Of a DNA stretch of 64,000 nucleotides, positions 33,615 through 44,253 are shown piece after piece (within the stretch, counting starts at the first letter, position 1; each line of letters opens with the position of its first letter). The DNA is from Nitrososphaeria archaeon (GTDB taxonomy: Archaea > Thermoproteota > Nitrososphaeria > JACIWG01). Location of the stretch: the NCBI GenBank assembly GCA_963752255.1, contig CAVVXT010000010.1, forward strand, positions 96,001 through 160,000. Reading direction: 5' to 3'. The notes under the pieces are model-generated. The model was not told the origin of the DNA. It did not search any database and worked only from the letters and a program-made list of their open reading frames with translations. The position numbers were made by a program, and so were the translations under genes.

Positions 33615-34724
33615 TCACCGCATCAATTCGTTTAAGATTACGTGAGCATCGGAAGACCTTGTGAACTGAGATATCTTTTTCCAGATCCCCCTCTTGGACG
33701 CTACCACCTTGAACTGGAACTCCTGTGTCGATTTCTCATTCGTATCTACGCGGCCAAGCCTGTCCGCGTCCATTAACCCGAAAGGATATCCGGGGAAACT
33801 TACGTCTCTAGAGTTATCCGCCATGGCGGAAATGATCGACTCAATTTCTTCGAACCTGCTCCCTTCTGCCTGCTCCCTCAATATTTCAAACCTGAAAACA
33901 TGCTCGGACTGCCTATGCAGTTTAACTGCAAACATGTCAGCTCTGTGGTCAGGATGTGCTATTTTAACGATCGGATGATAGTACCAGGAAGACCCCTTTA
34001 GTAATGTGCTCTGGGAGAGTTCCCATATTGCTGAGAGCAGCGGCTGTCCGGTCGTTGTAAAAAGTGTAGATGTCTTGGATAAGGCGGTGAAATAGACCTC
34101 CTCGTTTAACGCCGTGTCGTATGCTTCATTCGCATACTTACTTTCGTTTGTGACAGATGTCTGTAGAGTTCCGTCCTTTACGAGTATATCGTTTCTATTG
34201 AGCTCTTCCTGCATTATAAAGTTTGTAAATTTCCATTCAGCGAATGTACGTGCCGCGTTAGAGACCCTATCTATCGCAGCCCTCTGAAGCCCCGACATTA
34301 TAGTCCTATCGAAGGAATTGAACTTCAGGTCTTCAACTTCAGGCAAATATTTCCTCCATATTTCTTTTATCGGAACGAACTCCGTCCTGTAAACTATCTT
34401 CTTATCTTCCAACGTCGCATAGCATACCGTATAAAAATCAATCTTTTGAGGAACATTACACGGTTCAATTCTCCTGTTTCCTTTGAATAGGTTGAAATAT
34501 AACCTTGTCAGTTCTATTATGAAATTAGGTGCACTAGCTATTTCCATATTACCTCCGTCGATGAAACAGATTGTCCGTTCCGCATCGCTTTTAGGGATTG
34601 CATGAAAGTTAGCAGTATCGAAATCGCTCGAATGATATCTCCTGTCAGCGAAAGTCGGTTGGCCTAGGGGAATGGGAATTACATTCTTTTCGAGCAATTG
34701 AACAGCCAAATCAATCGGTAACAT
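33615..34724 (-). CDS. NurA-domain nuclease (orphan)
   Basis: FIDGG, ILVKDGTL, LSKTS, PGYPFGLMDAD match NurA motif positions. Confidence 0.7.
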   Translation of the reverse strand: MLPIDLAVQLLEKNVIPIPLGQPTFADRRYHSSDFDTANFHAIPKSDAERTICFIDGGNMEIASAPNFIIELTRLYFNLFKGNRRIEPCNVPQKIDFYTVCYATLEDKKIVYRTEFVPIKEIWRKYLPEVEDLKFNSFDRTIMSGLQRAAIDRVSNAARTFAEWKFTNFIMQEELNRNDILVKDGTLQTSVTNESKYANEAYDTALNEEVYFTALSKTSTLFTTTGQPLLSAIWELSQSTLLKGSSWYYHPIVKIAHPDHRADMFAVKLHRQSEHVFRFEILREQAEGSRFEEIESIISAMADNSRDVSFPGYPFGLMDADRLGRVDTNEKSTQEFQFKVVASKRGIWKKISQFTRSSDAHVILNELMR

Positions 34725-34900
34725 CTTCTCACTTTACACTAATAGATATGCAAACATCTAACAAATATTTAAGCTAATCCACGAGTCTGCATCATTCCCG
34801 AATTTTGGCATACCTTAATCAAATTACTGTTACATCAAAAGAAAACTTCCATTTCTCTTTTCTCAACTTTAAAATGTAGCGACTATTAGATTTTTTAAAA

Positions 34901-34945
34901 GGTAGCGGGTCCGGTGGGACTTATACCTAAAAGGGTTTAAGTCCC
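34901..34945 (-). other. att-like site: tRNA 3'-end remnant fused to a 12-6-12 inverted repeat
   Basis: Minus strand AAGTCCCACCGGACCCG = T-stem 3' strand + acceptor 3' strand + discriminator; GGGACTTATACC-TAAAAG-GGTTTAAGTCCC inverted repeat (11/12). Confidence 0.55.
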
Positions 34946-35289
34946 TCTATTTGCCTTATATTCAATATGTCAGCTATCATCTCTACTCTAAAGTAATTGG
35001 TATTTTTCTAATCTTGTTAGCTATAAGGTTTTTTAACGTCCTTTGCTTTCCCCCTTTTTTTCTTACTGTACTGAAAACTATTCTCTCAACAATAACAACA
35101 TTTTTAAATCTGGGACGCGGTCTTTTTTAAATAGTAATGCCGATTAAATTAGAATCTTTAGATTCTTCTATACAAGAAGAGAACATCACTTTGATTGTAG
35201 GTAAGAACATATTACTCAAAATAATCGAAAATTCAGAAAAACAATGAATAATACGTATCTAATTATTATTTTAGATTGAATGAAGTATA

Positions 35290-35763
35290 TCAATCGTATT
35301 TGTTAAAGATATATTCCAATGTGATGTTGCAGTTCTCTCTTATGATTTGCTCTGATTTACCCTCAAGGGAAATTCTTTGAGAAAATAGTAATTTTATTTC
35401 TATGGGAGAAATGTAACCAGATAAAACTACTGGATAGAAATTGAAACCAATTAAGGAATTCTGATTTAGGAAATCCCTAATTGAATCACATACGTTTTTT
35501 ATTTTTTGAACTGCATCCAAAATTGGGGCATCACCTTTTTTTAATTCAACAATCACAATTTTCTTTTTTTCTAAAAAACAGCAGAGAATCAAGCAGTCAC
35601 TTACCTTCCCTGGTTTGTGTTTTTGAACCCAATATTTTTCAACATTTATGATAATTTTTTGGTTTACACCTCTTCCGATCTTCATTGAGCAACCTTGATC
35701 TTTACATTTAGATGTAACATAAGGTCTGGCTGAATTACAAAGATCTGTTAAAGCCCAAGACAT
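35290..35763 (-). CDS. Predicted PD-(D/E)XK nuclease
   Basis: SDCLIL...IVELKKG pattern; directly downstream of an ABC ATPase. Confidence 0.6.
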   Translation of the reverse strand: MSWALTDLCNSARPYVTSKCKDQGCSMKIGRGVNQKIIINVEKYWVQKHKPGKVSDCLILCCFLEKKKIVIVELKKGDAPILDAVQKIKNVCDSIRDFLNQNSLIGFNFYPVVLSGYISPIEIKLLFSQRISLEGKSEQIIRENCNITLEYIFNKYD

Positions 35764-35772
35764 ACTACTACA

Positions 35773-37302
35773 CTATCGTTGTTGTAGTGCTCTATCAATT
35801 TTGACCGATTCACCATAAAGTTCTGTGATAACCTCGTTAAACCCAGAATCCTTCGTTGATGTATCACGAATATCTATTTTTTTGACTATGCTTTTGCCAG
35901 GTTCAGTTTGTGTAAAGAGATAGATTCCAACATATTCAGATTTTATTTGATCCAAAACACCGTATCCCAGTTCTTTTCGTTTTTTCTCAGAAACTTCTGA
36001 TAATTTAACAAAATTCTGAATTTGTTGCAATAGGTAATCACTATGGGTTGTCATAATCAGTTTCACTCCTCCATTTGCAAGCCTTACAAGGATTCTTGTA
36101 AGTCTTCTTTGAGCATCTGGATGTAAATGGGACTCTGGTTCTTCCATGAAAAGAGTTGAGTCAGGTCTTAAAATATACTTTAAGTATAGGATTAAGGGTG
36201 CTACTTCTGAGACCATTGAAGATGCTCGGTGAAGAGGAAATTTAGCATTTTTTGAATAGTAGAAAATCTCTGGATAATTAGATTTCTCTGTCTCCTTTAC
36301 ATCAACTCTACCCATAGTGACTTCTTCTTCAATTAGTTTTGCGAGGTTGGAAAAGCTACCACCACGTCCTGGAAGTCTGATTATGTTAGCAAGAAAATCT
36401 GTGATAACACCACTCAATGGAAGGAATTCTATTTTTCTAATTCCTATATATGGCATTTCCCTTATTAGTTCTGATGCTACTGTCTTATGCGCTGAAAGGA
36501 TGCCTGAACGCGCAGCTGGCAGATAGAAAGAATGTAAATCTATTTTTTGGGGGGATAAAATAGAAGACAAGAATGCATCAAAAATATTTTTGAAGATCGA
36601 AAATCTGAAATAGCTCTTTTCTTTTTCGATTTCCTTTAGAACAGTTGGAGTAATTGAAAACTTGATAACTCCTTTACTTCTCCCTTCAAACCTAATTGAG
36701 CTATACCTAGATTTTGAAAATCTAAAGAGTAGTTTCTCTAAAGGATAAGTTGGAATCAATTGTAAATCGAAGCTTCTGTTTTCACATGTTAAATCAATCT
36801 CAAAATTCATAGTCCTGAAATTAACTTTTAGTGAATTACTACCGTGACTGCATAGATCGAACAAACTACATCCAAAAATTCTTTCTAGCTCTTCGGATAG
36901 AATTCGCAAGAATTCTGTTTTAAAACCATCCATCATAGATTTGTATAGCTCTTGAGTTAAATCTTTTGGTATCTCAAAATTTTCTATCTTATCTTTGTTG
37001 GATAAAAGAACTTTAATGAAATTGTTCTCGACTTCGATAGGAATTTTCTCATAAAGATTCCTTCTTCTTCCACTATATAACATTCTATTCTCTCTATAGA
37101 TTTCGGATTCAATAAACATCGGCATATATGAAGAATAGAATTTCAGTAACGATTCCTCAAAGGTATGTATCAACATTGCAAAATATGATTTGCCTGTATT
37201 ATTCTTACCAAGAAGAATTGTAAAGGGCTTTATTACTATGGTTCCTTTTTCTATAGGACCAAAGTTCTCTACGGAAACACTAATTTGCTCCATTATTCGC
37301 AC
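35773..37302 (-). CDS. AAA_15/AAA_21-type ABC ATPase (defence-associated)
   Basis: VENFGPI, GKNNTGKS, ASSMVSE signature, Walker B FMEEPESHLHP, H-loop MTTHS. Confidence 0.88.
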   Translation of the reverse strand: MRIMEQISVSVENFGPIEKGTIVIKPFTILLGKNNTGKSYFAMLIHTFEESLLKFYSSYMPMFIESEIYRENRMLYSGRRRNLYEKIPIEVENNFIKVLLSNKDKIENFEIPKDLTQELYKSMMDGFKTEFLRILSEELERIFGCSLFDLCSHGSNSLKVNFRTMNFEIDLTCENRSFDLQLIPTYPLEKLLFRFSKSRYSSIRFEGRSKGVIKFSITPTVLKEIEKEKSYFRFSIFKNIFDAFLSSILSPQKIDLHSFYLPAARSGILSAHKTVASELIREMPYIGIRKIEFLPLSGVITDFLANIIRLPGRGGSFSNLAKLIEEEVTMGRVDVKETEKSNYPEIFYYSKNAKFPLHRASSMVSEVAPLILYLKYILRPDSTLFMEEPESHLHPDAQRRLTRILVRLANGGVKLIMTTHSDYLLQQIQNFVKLSEVSEKKRKELGYGVLDQIKSEYVGIYLFTQTEPGKSIVKKIDIRDTSTKDSGFNEVITELYGESVKIDRALQQR

Positions 37303-37360
37303 TAACTTAACAAACAGTTGATCTTATTTATAAGATTTTAGAGATTTATAGGATACCTGA

Positions 37361-37987
37361 TTAACTGTTCATATTTAATTTTACTAACAGCTCAATTTTT
37401 GTAAGAGCTACATCTAAACTTGGGGAGGCTGAAGAGATATTTCTTTGCTTTGCTTTTTTAAAAAGATCGAACTCACTAATTCCTTGTAAATTAAGTTCTT
37501 CAGTTATATCTTTTTTGTTTGAAGGCACTACTTTATTATATTCTAATTCAACAAGTCTTGCAATATTTTCTTTGATCTCCTTCTTCTTCCCATTTACAGC
37601 TACATATATTGTAGCTTGATGGGCTCCAACTTATAACTTATATAAAGATTCTTCGCCTTTGATGGCTTTTCTTTCTTCATTTAGCAAAATTCTTTTTACA
37701 TCAGTTAATAAATCTATTTTGATTGTGTCTCTGTCAACAATAAAGAGGAAATTCTGGATTTTATAATAGAGACTTAGGTATGTCTTTATTGCACTCAAAG
37801 CTATCATTCCTTTTTTAGTAGGGAGAGACATTTCAGGAATGAATAGAATTTTTCCCTTTCCATTGTATCTTTTGCTAAGTGCACGGAGAACCTTAAACTT
37901 TTTTTTACCATCACTCGTTAATACACTAATTATCTTTTTCGATTCTGATTTATCTTCAAGTTTATCCAGAATCTCCAATAACATCAC
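37361..37987 (-). CDS. Hypothetical protein, TOPRIM/DUF3226-like partner of ABC ATPases; frameshift near 37635
   Basis: FLFIVDRD (DxD); continues in another frame ATIYVAVNG...ENIARLVELE to the stop at 37361. Confidence 0.5.
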
Positions 37988-37992
37988 AGGCT

Positions 37993-38230
37993 TTAGAGCT
38001 TTAAAAGGTCCACAAGTATCCTGGGATCTTGACTTGCATCAAATAGACTTCGCAGGTCGTCAATACTTAGAGTTTTATATTTTAAAACATCATCTTTCCC
38101 TTTCTGTAATTGTATAACACTTATTTCAGAAAGGGTTGCCTTATTTGAAGTGTCCTCGGTAATATTTAGCAGCGCATTTAATACGTCTATACTATGGGTA
38201 GTAATTACAACCTGCCAATCTTTTGATAAA
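37993..38230 (-). pseudogene. C-terminal remnant of a second ABC ATPase
   Basis: Unannotated frame reads LSKDWQVVITTHSIDVL...DPRILVDLLKL* (H-loop); no start codon or Walker A upstream. Confidence 0.65.
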
Positions 38231-38403
38231 AGCCCAAAAAGTTAATTTTAGGGCTTGTCCTGTTGCTTCAAGATTGTTCTTACTCATCGCTTTAAATATG
38301 TCTAGCATACTGGGGAAGTTTAATTAGAAGGAAAATAGTTATTTTCTTATTGACACTAAGGATTAATATCGCTACCTTTACAAATATGTATCAACTATTA
38401 CCA

Positions 38404-39379
38404 ATGGAGTCGGAATCGAACGAGAGTAGATAATAATTCGGATTTCAGTCTAGACGAATTTCGAGTATCAGATAGTGAAGTACATGAGCCAGCTATATTT
38501 TCTATATCAGTCCTTTTGTCGAGAACTTCTTTAGTAAAACCTCTTCCTGACGTGAAAGAAGCACTTCTTAAAATCAAGAAAATTATTGAAGAAAAATATT
38601 CTTTCGGAAAGCGACATCAGAATGAATCTTTTAAGCAAGGTTTTCTTAATTTTAATGTAAAACAAGAGACTCTAGAGTTCTACTATGCTCAAGAGATTCC
38701 TCTTAAAATGGATTTTGTTCCGGAACGCGATGACCCTGAAATAGTAACTAGACATATACGAGCTGTTAATCCTACTCATAAAATTAAGATAAAACTGACC
38801 TTAAGCAAACAAAATGCTGAGGTAATACTGTTTGGAGGGTCCGATATTCTAGTATTAAAAGTCGCAGGATTAGTAAATGAATCAATCAGAGCTTTAGCTG
38901 AAGACGGTCACGAGACTTACGATTACAGAATTACTAAAGAGGAAATGCTCAAGATTCTAGAGGCATTCCAATCAGATGTTGAGTACATCTATATAGACCC
39001 AGGACAAAACGAGAAACTTAGAAAGTATATTAAAGAAAAAAGACTAGGAGAAGAAATTTTTGTTCAAGTATATGATGTCCATACACAGTTTAGAGGGTAC
39101 AAAGTAGTCGGATCACCAGTAGTCCAACAGATTCTTAGAGAAACTGGAGTCTATCTCAGAGAAATTCAAGGCAAAATCGACTATGCCGCAGGGATAAGGA
39201 TTACGAGTAGAGTGTCTTCCAGTGGCAGGATACTGCTCTATATACCAGAGAATATCTTAGAAGTAGGAGAAGATGTGTACGATATAGCTTTCAACCTTTA
39301 CAAGAAAGTAATAGCGAAGAATGTATTAAACAAAAGTCAACCAACAATAGAGTCCTACTTTAATGGTGTAAAGTTATGA
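38404..39379 (+). CDS. Hypothetical protein with a C-terminal PIP-box-like motif; probable frameshift near 38425
   Basis: The frame of ORF 38516..39379 is open further upstream, with an ATG at 38404 one base out of frame; ends KSQPTIESYFNGVKL. Confidence 0.7.
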
Positions 39380-40755
39380 ATCAAGAAATAAGTGCAGAAA
39401 CTCTACTTGAAATAACTGCCGAAGAAGAATTACTAGACATCAAACGATGTAAGAATCTTATAGGACAAATTTTTGCTGAAAGAAGATATGATTTATTAGA
39501 TGCTGCTCTTAGAAAAGTTACTCACGCCTTCTATTTATCTTCCGTTGAGTTTAGAGCATCTTTAGTTTCTTACCTTCTCGAGCAGTCAAAGGGTCTTAAC
39601 GAAAGGGAGATCAAGAGGCTTCTTGATAACTCGGTTATAGGCAATCTGACTCTCATACGATACTTGCAAAGTAGGCATCCTGTAGTCGATAGTAATGGTT
39701 TAAATGCTCTGGATATTCTTTCTGAAGCGAAATATATAAAGGATGCCACAGTCTTAACTCTTTATCCTTTTGAGGAAAAACTAAAGACGGACATAGAAGA
39801 GGAGGTTACGGGAATCTATGATCAGACTACACTGAAGAAATTAACAGAAATATATGAAGTGCTCTTTCTTTTCAATTTAGTTCAGCATAATAGATCCTGT
39901 GTTCAGAGTCTCGTCAACCTTTACGCATCTATTCAGACGCCAGAATTTAGACTAAAAAATGGTATAGTCAGCTCCATACTTGAGCCAAAGTTAGATATTT
40001 TCATTGCCCACATGTCAAAGTTCATAGTGAACATTAAGGAGGAAACTGATATAATCGAGAATTATGATCTAATATTCGATTCTTTGAGGAATATAGGTAT
40101 TCCTGTCTTCTTTGATATAATGAAAGTCCGATTTAATGATATGGTTTTCAATGATAACTTTTACTTTCTACTTTTTCAGGATTTAGAGAGTGCTAAAGTT
40201 CTCATACCTCCCTACAAGCAGGCTAAAGCTGAACATGTTCAGAAGATTTATGACCCCATAGTTGGGAAGTTTGTAACTCCTAAGGGGAAATACGGGAAGA
40301 TACTGATAGAAGATATATTCTCTTTCTCGGAATATGAGAAGGTTCATGATATAACTGAGGAGGAATTAAATACAGTTAGAGAGATGAGGGAGACAGAAAT
40401 AGAGGCTAAAATTCGCAACATCCTGAAAGATGAAAACCGTACAGCAGATTCCCCAACGGAAAAAGCGGACATAATAACACTGAAATTAAGGATTAATAAT
40501 AAAGATGACCTTCGTAATGCAGCCTTTATACTTAAAGGTAAAAGCTATCGAAAGGTGACAATAAACTCTGTCGCAACTAATCTACTTAAGGCTACAGAAC
40601 TACTTGTTGATGTAGTGTTCCTTGTTTACACTGGAGAACTATTAGATGAACCACTTACTTATTTCATAAAACTTTGTAATCAGAATAAGAAGATGTATTG
40701 TGTAATAGATGGTCGTGACCTTACAAGGTTGTTAAAGGCATACAGACTACTATGA
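39376..40755 (+). CDS. Hypothetical protein with a C-terminal restriction-endonuclease-like domain
   Basis: EKADI...AAFILKG...VFLVYTG...CVIDGRDLTRLL resembles Mrr-like PD-(D/E)XK C-termini; coordinates overlap the previous gene's stop. Confidence 0.6.
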   Translation: MNQEISAETLLEITAEEELLDIKRCKNLIGQIFAERRYDLLDAALRKVTHAFYLSSVEFRASLVSYLLEQSKGLNEREIKRLLDNSVIGNLTLIRYLQSRHPVVDSNGLNALDILSEAKYIKDATVLTLYPFEEKLKTDIEEEVTGIYDQTTLKKLTEIYEVLFLFNLVQHNRSCVQSLVNLYASIQTPEFRLKNGIVSSILEPKLDIFIAHMSKFIVNIKEETDIIENYDLIFDSLRNIGIPVFFDIMKVRFNDMVFNDNFYFLLFQDLESAKVLIPPYKQAKAEHVQKIYDPIVGKFVTPKGKYGKILIEDIFSFSEYEKVHDITEEELNTVREMRETEIEAKIRNILKDENRTADSPTEKADIITLKLRINNKDDLRNAAFILKGKSYRKVTINSVATNLLKATELLVDVVFLVYTGELLDEPLTYFIKLCNQNKKMYCVIDGRDLTRLLKAYRLL

Positions 40756-41343
40756 AGATAGAGGTTCAACATATTCACAAACTAGACATTTACTGAAAGT
40801 TGACTTAATGTCTGAGTCAGAATATAAATTAAGAGTTGTAGTTGAGCATAAGTACAGTGCTGACCCACAATGTAATCCGCTTGGCCTTTGCATGATATAG
40901 TCATCCTTCCAGAAGAACATAAATACCGTGTTCGAATGACAGATTAAGAATAAGAATCGGATTTTGGGTAGTAGGAGGTACAAACATACACACATCTTCA
41001 CGTTTATGGTCTGTTAAAGCGGTAATGGAGTTTTATAATCGGTTGTATAAGGAGTTTCAGATATTTGAAGGGGAGAATAAATCTAGAACGATAATGGTAG
41101 CAGTGAACATCCGATTACATATGCATCTAGGAAAACAGAACGACTAACCCTCTTGTGTAACGAGCTAATTTTTGGGGAATATTTTGGCTATATTAAAGCA
41201 TTACATAAGGGACTTTAATGGAAATGGATGGGCATCTCTTGAAGAGTGACGACATAAAGTGGAGTAAGAATGCTGAAAAGCGTCTTTTTAAATCTTTAAA
41301 CGTTAGGAAGGTTATAATAAAGAAGTAGGAATAGATCATTGAC

Positions 41344-41436
41344 ATGATGCCTGAGGAAAAAGCAAGAACAAGAATTGACCCAATCCTTAAGGCTGATGGA
41401 TGGATAGTTCGGGTTATGAATGGTTTGAGGAAATAA
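41344..41436 (+). pseudogene. N-terminal relic of another HsdR
   Basis: MMPEEKARTRIDPILKADGWIV matches the typical HsdR start (PEEKAR..ID..L...GW). Confidence 0.55.
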
Positions 41437-41438
41437 CT

Positions 41439-44253
41439 ATGGTAAAAACATCCGAGTATAGAACACGTAGGGAGAAGATAGACGTTCAATTAAGGAAGTC
41501 AGGTTGGGACGTCGATGACCGATCAAAAGTTATTCAAGAGGTTGATACTAAACAGTCAGACTTCAAGGCTGGTAACTACAAAACCATTGATCAGACTCTG
41601 AAAAATCCAGAAGAAAAAGCATATGCAGATTATCTCCTTCTCGATTCTAATGGTTTGCCTTTGGCTATTATCGAAGCTAAACGAACGGACAGGGATTATC
41701 TTTCAGGGCAAAAACAAGCTGAAGATTATGTTAACGATATCAAGAAGCAGACAGGAAAGGATATTTTCATTTTCTTAACTAACGGATATGAGGTATGGTT
41801 TTGGAATAAACCGTTCGAGGCACCTAGAGCCGTTAGTGGGTTCCATGATAGGCGTTCCCTTGAACGCATTAGATTTCAGAATTACTCAAGGAAGGACTTC
41901 TCTGACGTTCCCATCAGCAAAGAGATTATCGATAGACCTTATCAAATCGAATCGGTAAAAAAAGTGCTGGAAGGAATAGAGAAAGGCAAAAGGAAATTTC
42001 TTATCGTTCAAGCAACGGGTACAGGAAAGACTCGTGTTGCAATGGCTCTTATCGATGTTCTTCTAAGAGCTAATCGTGCCCAAAGGATTCTCTTTCTCGC
42101 TGACAGAAAGGAGCTAAGAGACCAAGCATACGGTGACAACGGGTTTAAAACATTCTTCCCTCAAGAGTCTAAAGTCAAAGTATTCTCTGGACAAGTTGAC
42201 AAGACCTCTCGCCTCTATGCTTCAACAATACAAACCTTCATGGAATGTTATCAAGAATTCTCCCCAGGCGATTTCGACGTAGTTATTTCAGATGAAGCTC
42301 ACCGCTCTATCTACAACAAATGGAAGGAGGTCTTTACTTATTTTGATGCGATTGAAATTGGACTTACAGCTACTCCATCTGACTTAATTGAGCGTGACAC
42401 GTTCAGATTTTTTAACTGTGAGGATAGTATTCCAACCTACCTTTACACTTATGAAGAGGCGGTTAAGGATGGGTGGCTCTGCAGACTACAAAGTATATGT
42501 TGCTCAAACTCGTTTTCAGATTGAAGGCATTCGGCCTAGCGACGTTCCTGACACAATAAAGAAGAAGTTGCTTGAAGAGAAAGGAATAAGTGAAGAAGAG
42601 ATTAACTTTGAAGGGACAGACATAGAGAAAAAAGTTGCTGTGTTAGGAACTAACGAAGCTATAGTAAAAGAGTTTATGGAAAAATGTCTAACGGATGCAA
42701 CTGGAACACTACCAGCTAAAACTATTATTTTCGCTGTTTCACAGAAGCACGCAACAAGATTGTGGGAAGCCTTCGAAAAACTCTATCCAGAATACAAAGG
42801 TCGTCTGGCAAGGCGTATAGTGTCAGAAGATTCAAGAGCAGACGAACTTCTCAAAGAATTCAAGACCGAAAGCTTGCCCCGCGTCGCTATTTCCGTTGGC
42901 ATGTTAGATACAGGAGTGGACATACCAGAAGCATGTAATTTGGTCTTTGCTAAACCAGTGTTTTCAAAAATAAGATTTTGGCAGATGATAGGAAGAGGAA
43001 CGAGACACGACAGAATATGTAAGCATAGGGATTGGCTGCCATATGAAAAAAAGGAGTATTTTCTGATTTTCGATTTCTGGAATAACTTCGACTGGCATAA
43101 CATGCATCCAGAGGGTAAAGAGGAAGAACTAAGCGAGGCAGTTCCTACGAAAATCTTCTTAACAAGACTCAAGCAACTAGATTATTTGCTTCTGAAAAGG
43201 GATAAACGAGCAGATCTACTTAAGAAGAAACTTACTGAAGATGTAAAATCGTTACCTTGTGATTCTGTCACAATCAAAGAACATAAACGAGATATTGAGA
43301 GAGCTTTAACGCCTAACGTATGGGATACAGTGGGGCTAGATGCACCAACGTTCTTAAAAACCAAGATTGCGCCTTTAATGCGTTATCAGAAGGATGTCAA
43401 CCCAAACGAAGCATCTTGGACTTTGAAAATTGAACAGTTGAGCTTTGCAATTTTACAAGATAATAAAACCGAGATTGATAGGGTTAAAGATGACATAGGT
43501 GAGTGGCTCAATGCCTTGCCAACGACAATTCGAGAAGTGAAGGATAAACAGGAATTGCTCGACAAAGCATTACGCCCACAATTTTGGAAGAACATAACTT
43601 TCGATGACGCCCAGATGCTTTTAAAAGAATTCGCATCGTTAATGAAATATAAACAGCCTGAACCGCGACCTATTATTATCCTCGATATTGACGATATTGT
43701 CCAACGGAGAGACTTCATCGAATATGGCCCAGTTCCAACACAAGAATATGCTATAACTTATATTGACAAGGTTGAGAAAAGAATTAAGCAGCTCATTGAG
43801 GAACATCCCACCATTAAGAAGATTAAACGCGATGAGGTTCTAAATGAGGAAGACCTTAAGAATTTGGAAAAGACTCTAAATAGTCCAGAGCTTTATATTA
43901 CTGAAGAGGTTTTGCAGAAAGCCTATGGACAGCACAAAGGGACACTCGTTCAGTTCATCAAGAAAATTTTAGGCCTGTACGAGTTTCCCGATGCAAAGAG
44001 GAGGATTCAAGAAGCCTTCAAGGCCTTCGTTATAGAGAAGAATTATCTTAACTCAGATCAGGTTAATTTCCTTCGTACAATTCAAACTGTGTTTTTAAAG
44101 AAGCACCATATTGAGTACAGTGACCTGTTTGAGCCGCCATTTACTAACTTCGGTGTTAATGCACCGGTTCCGCTTTTCAATGTGGACGAGCTTAAAGAAG
44201 CGATCCAACTATGCAACCAATTAGAGGTGGAAGTACTGCATGTTAGCCCCTGA
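41439..44253 (+). CDS. hsdR: Type I restriction subunit R (EcoEI/EcoKI-like); frameshift near 42478
   Basis: ADY...IIEAK, ATGTGKT, DEAH, GLTATP, QMIGRGTR. Confidence 0.92.
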
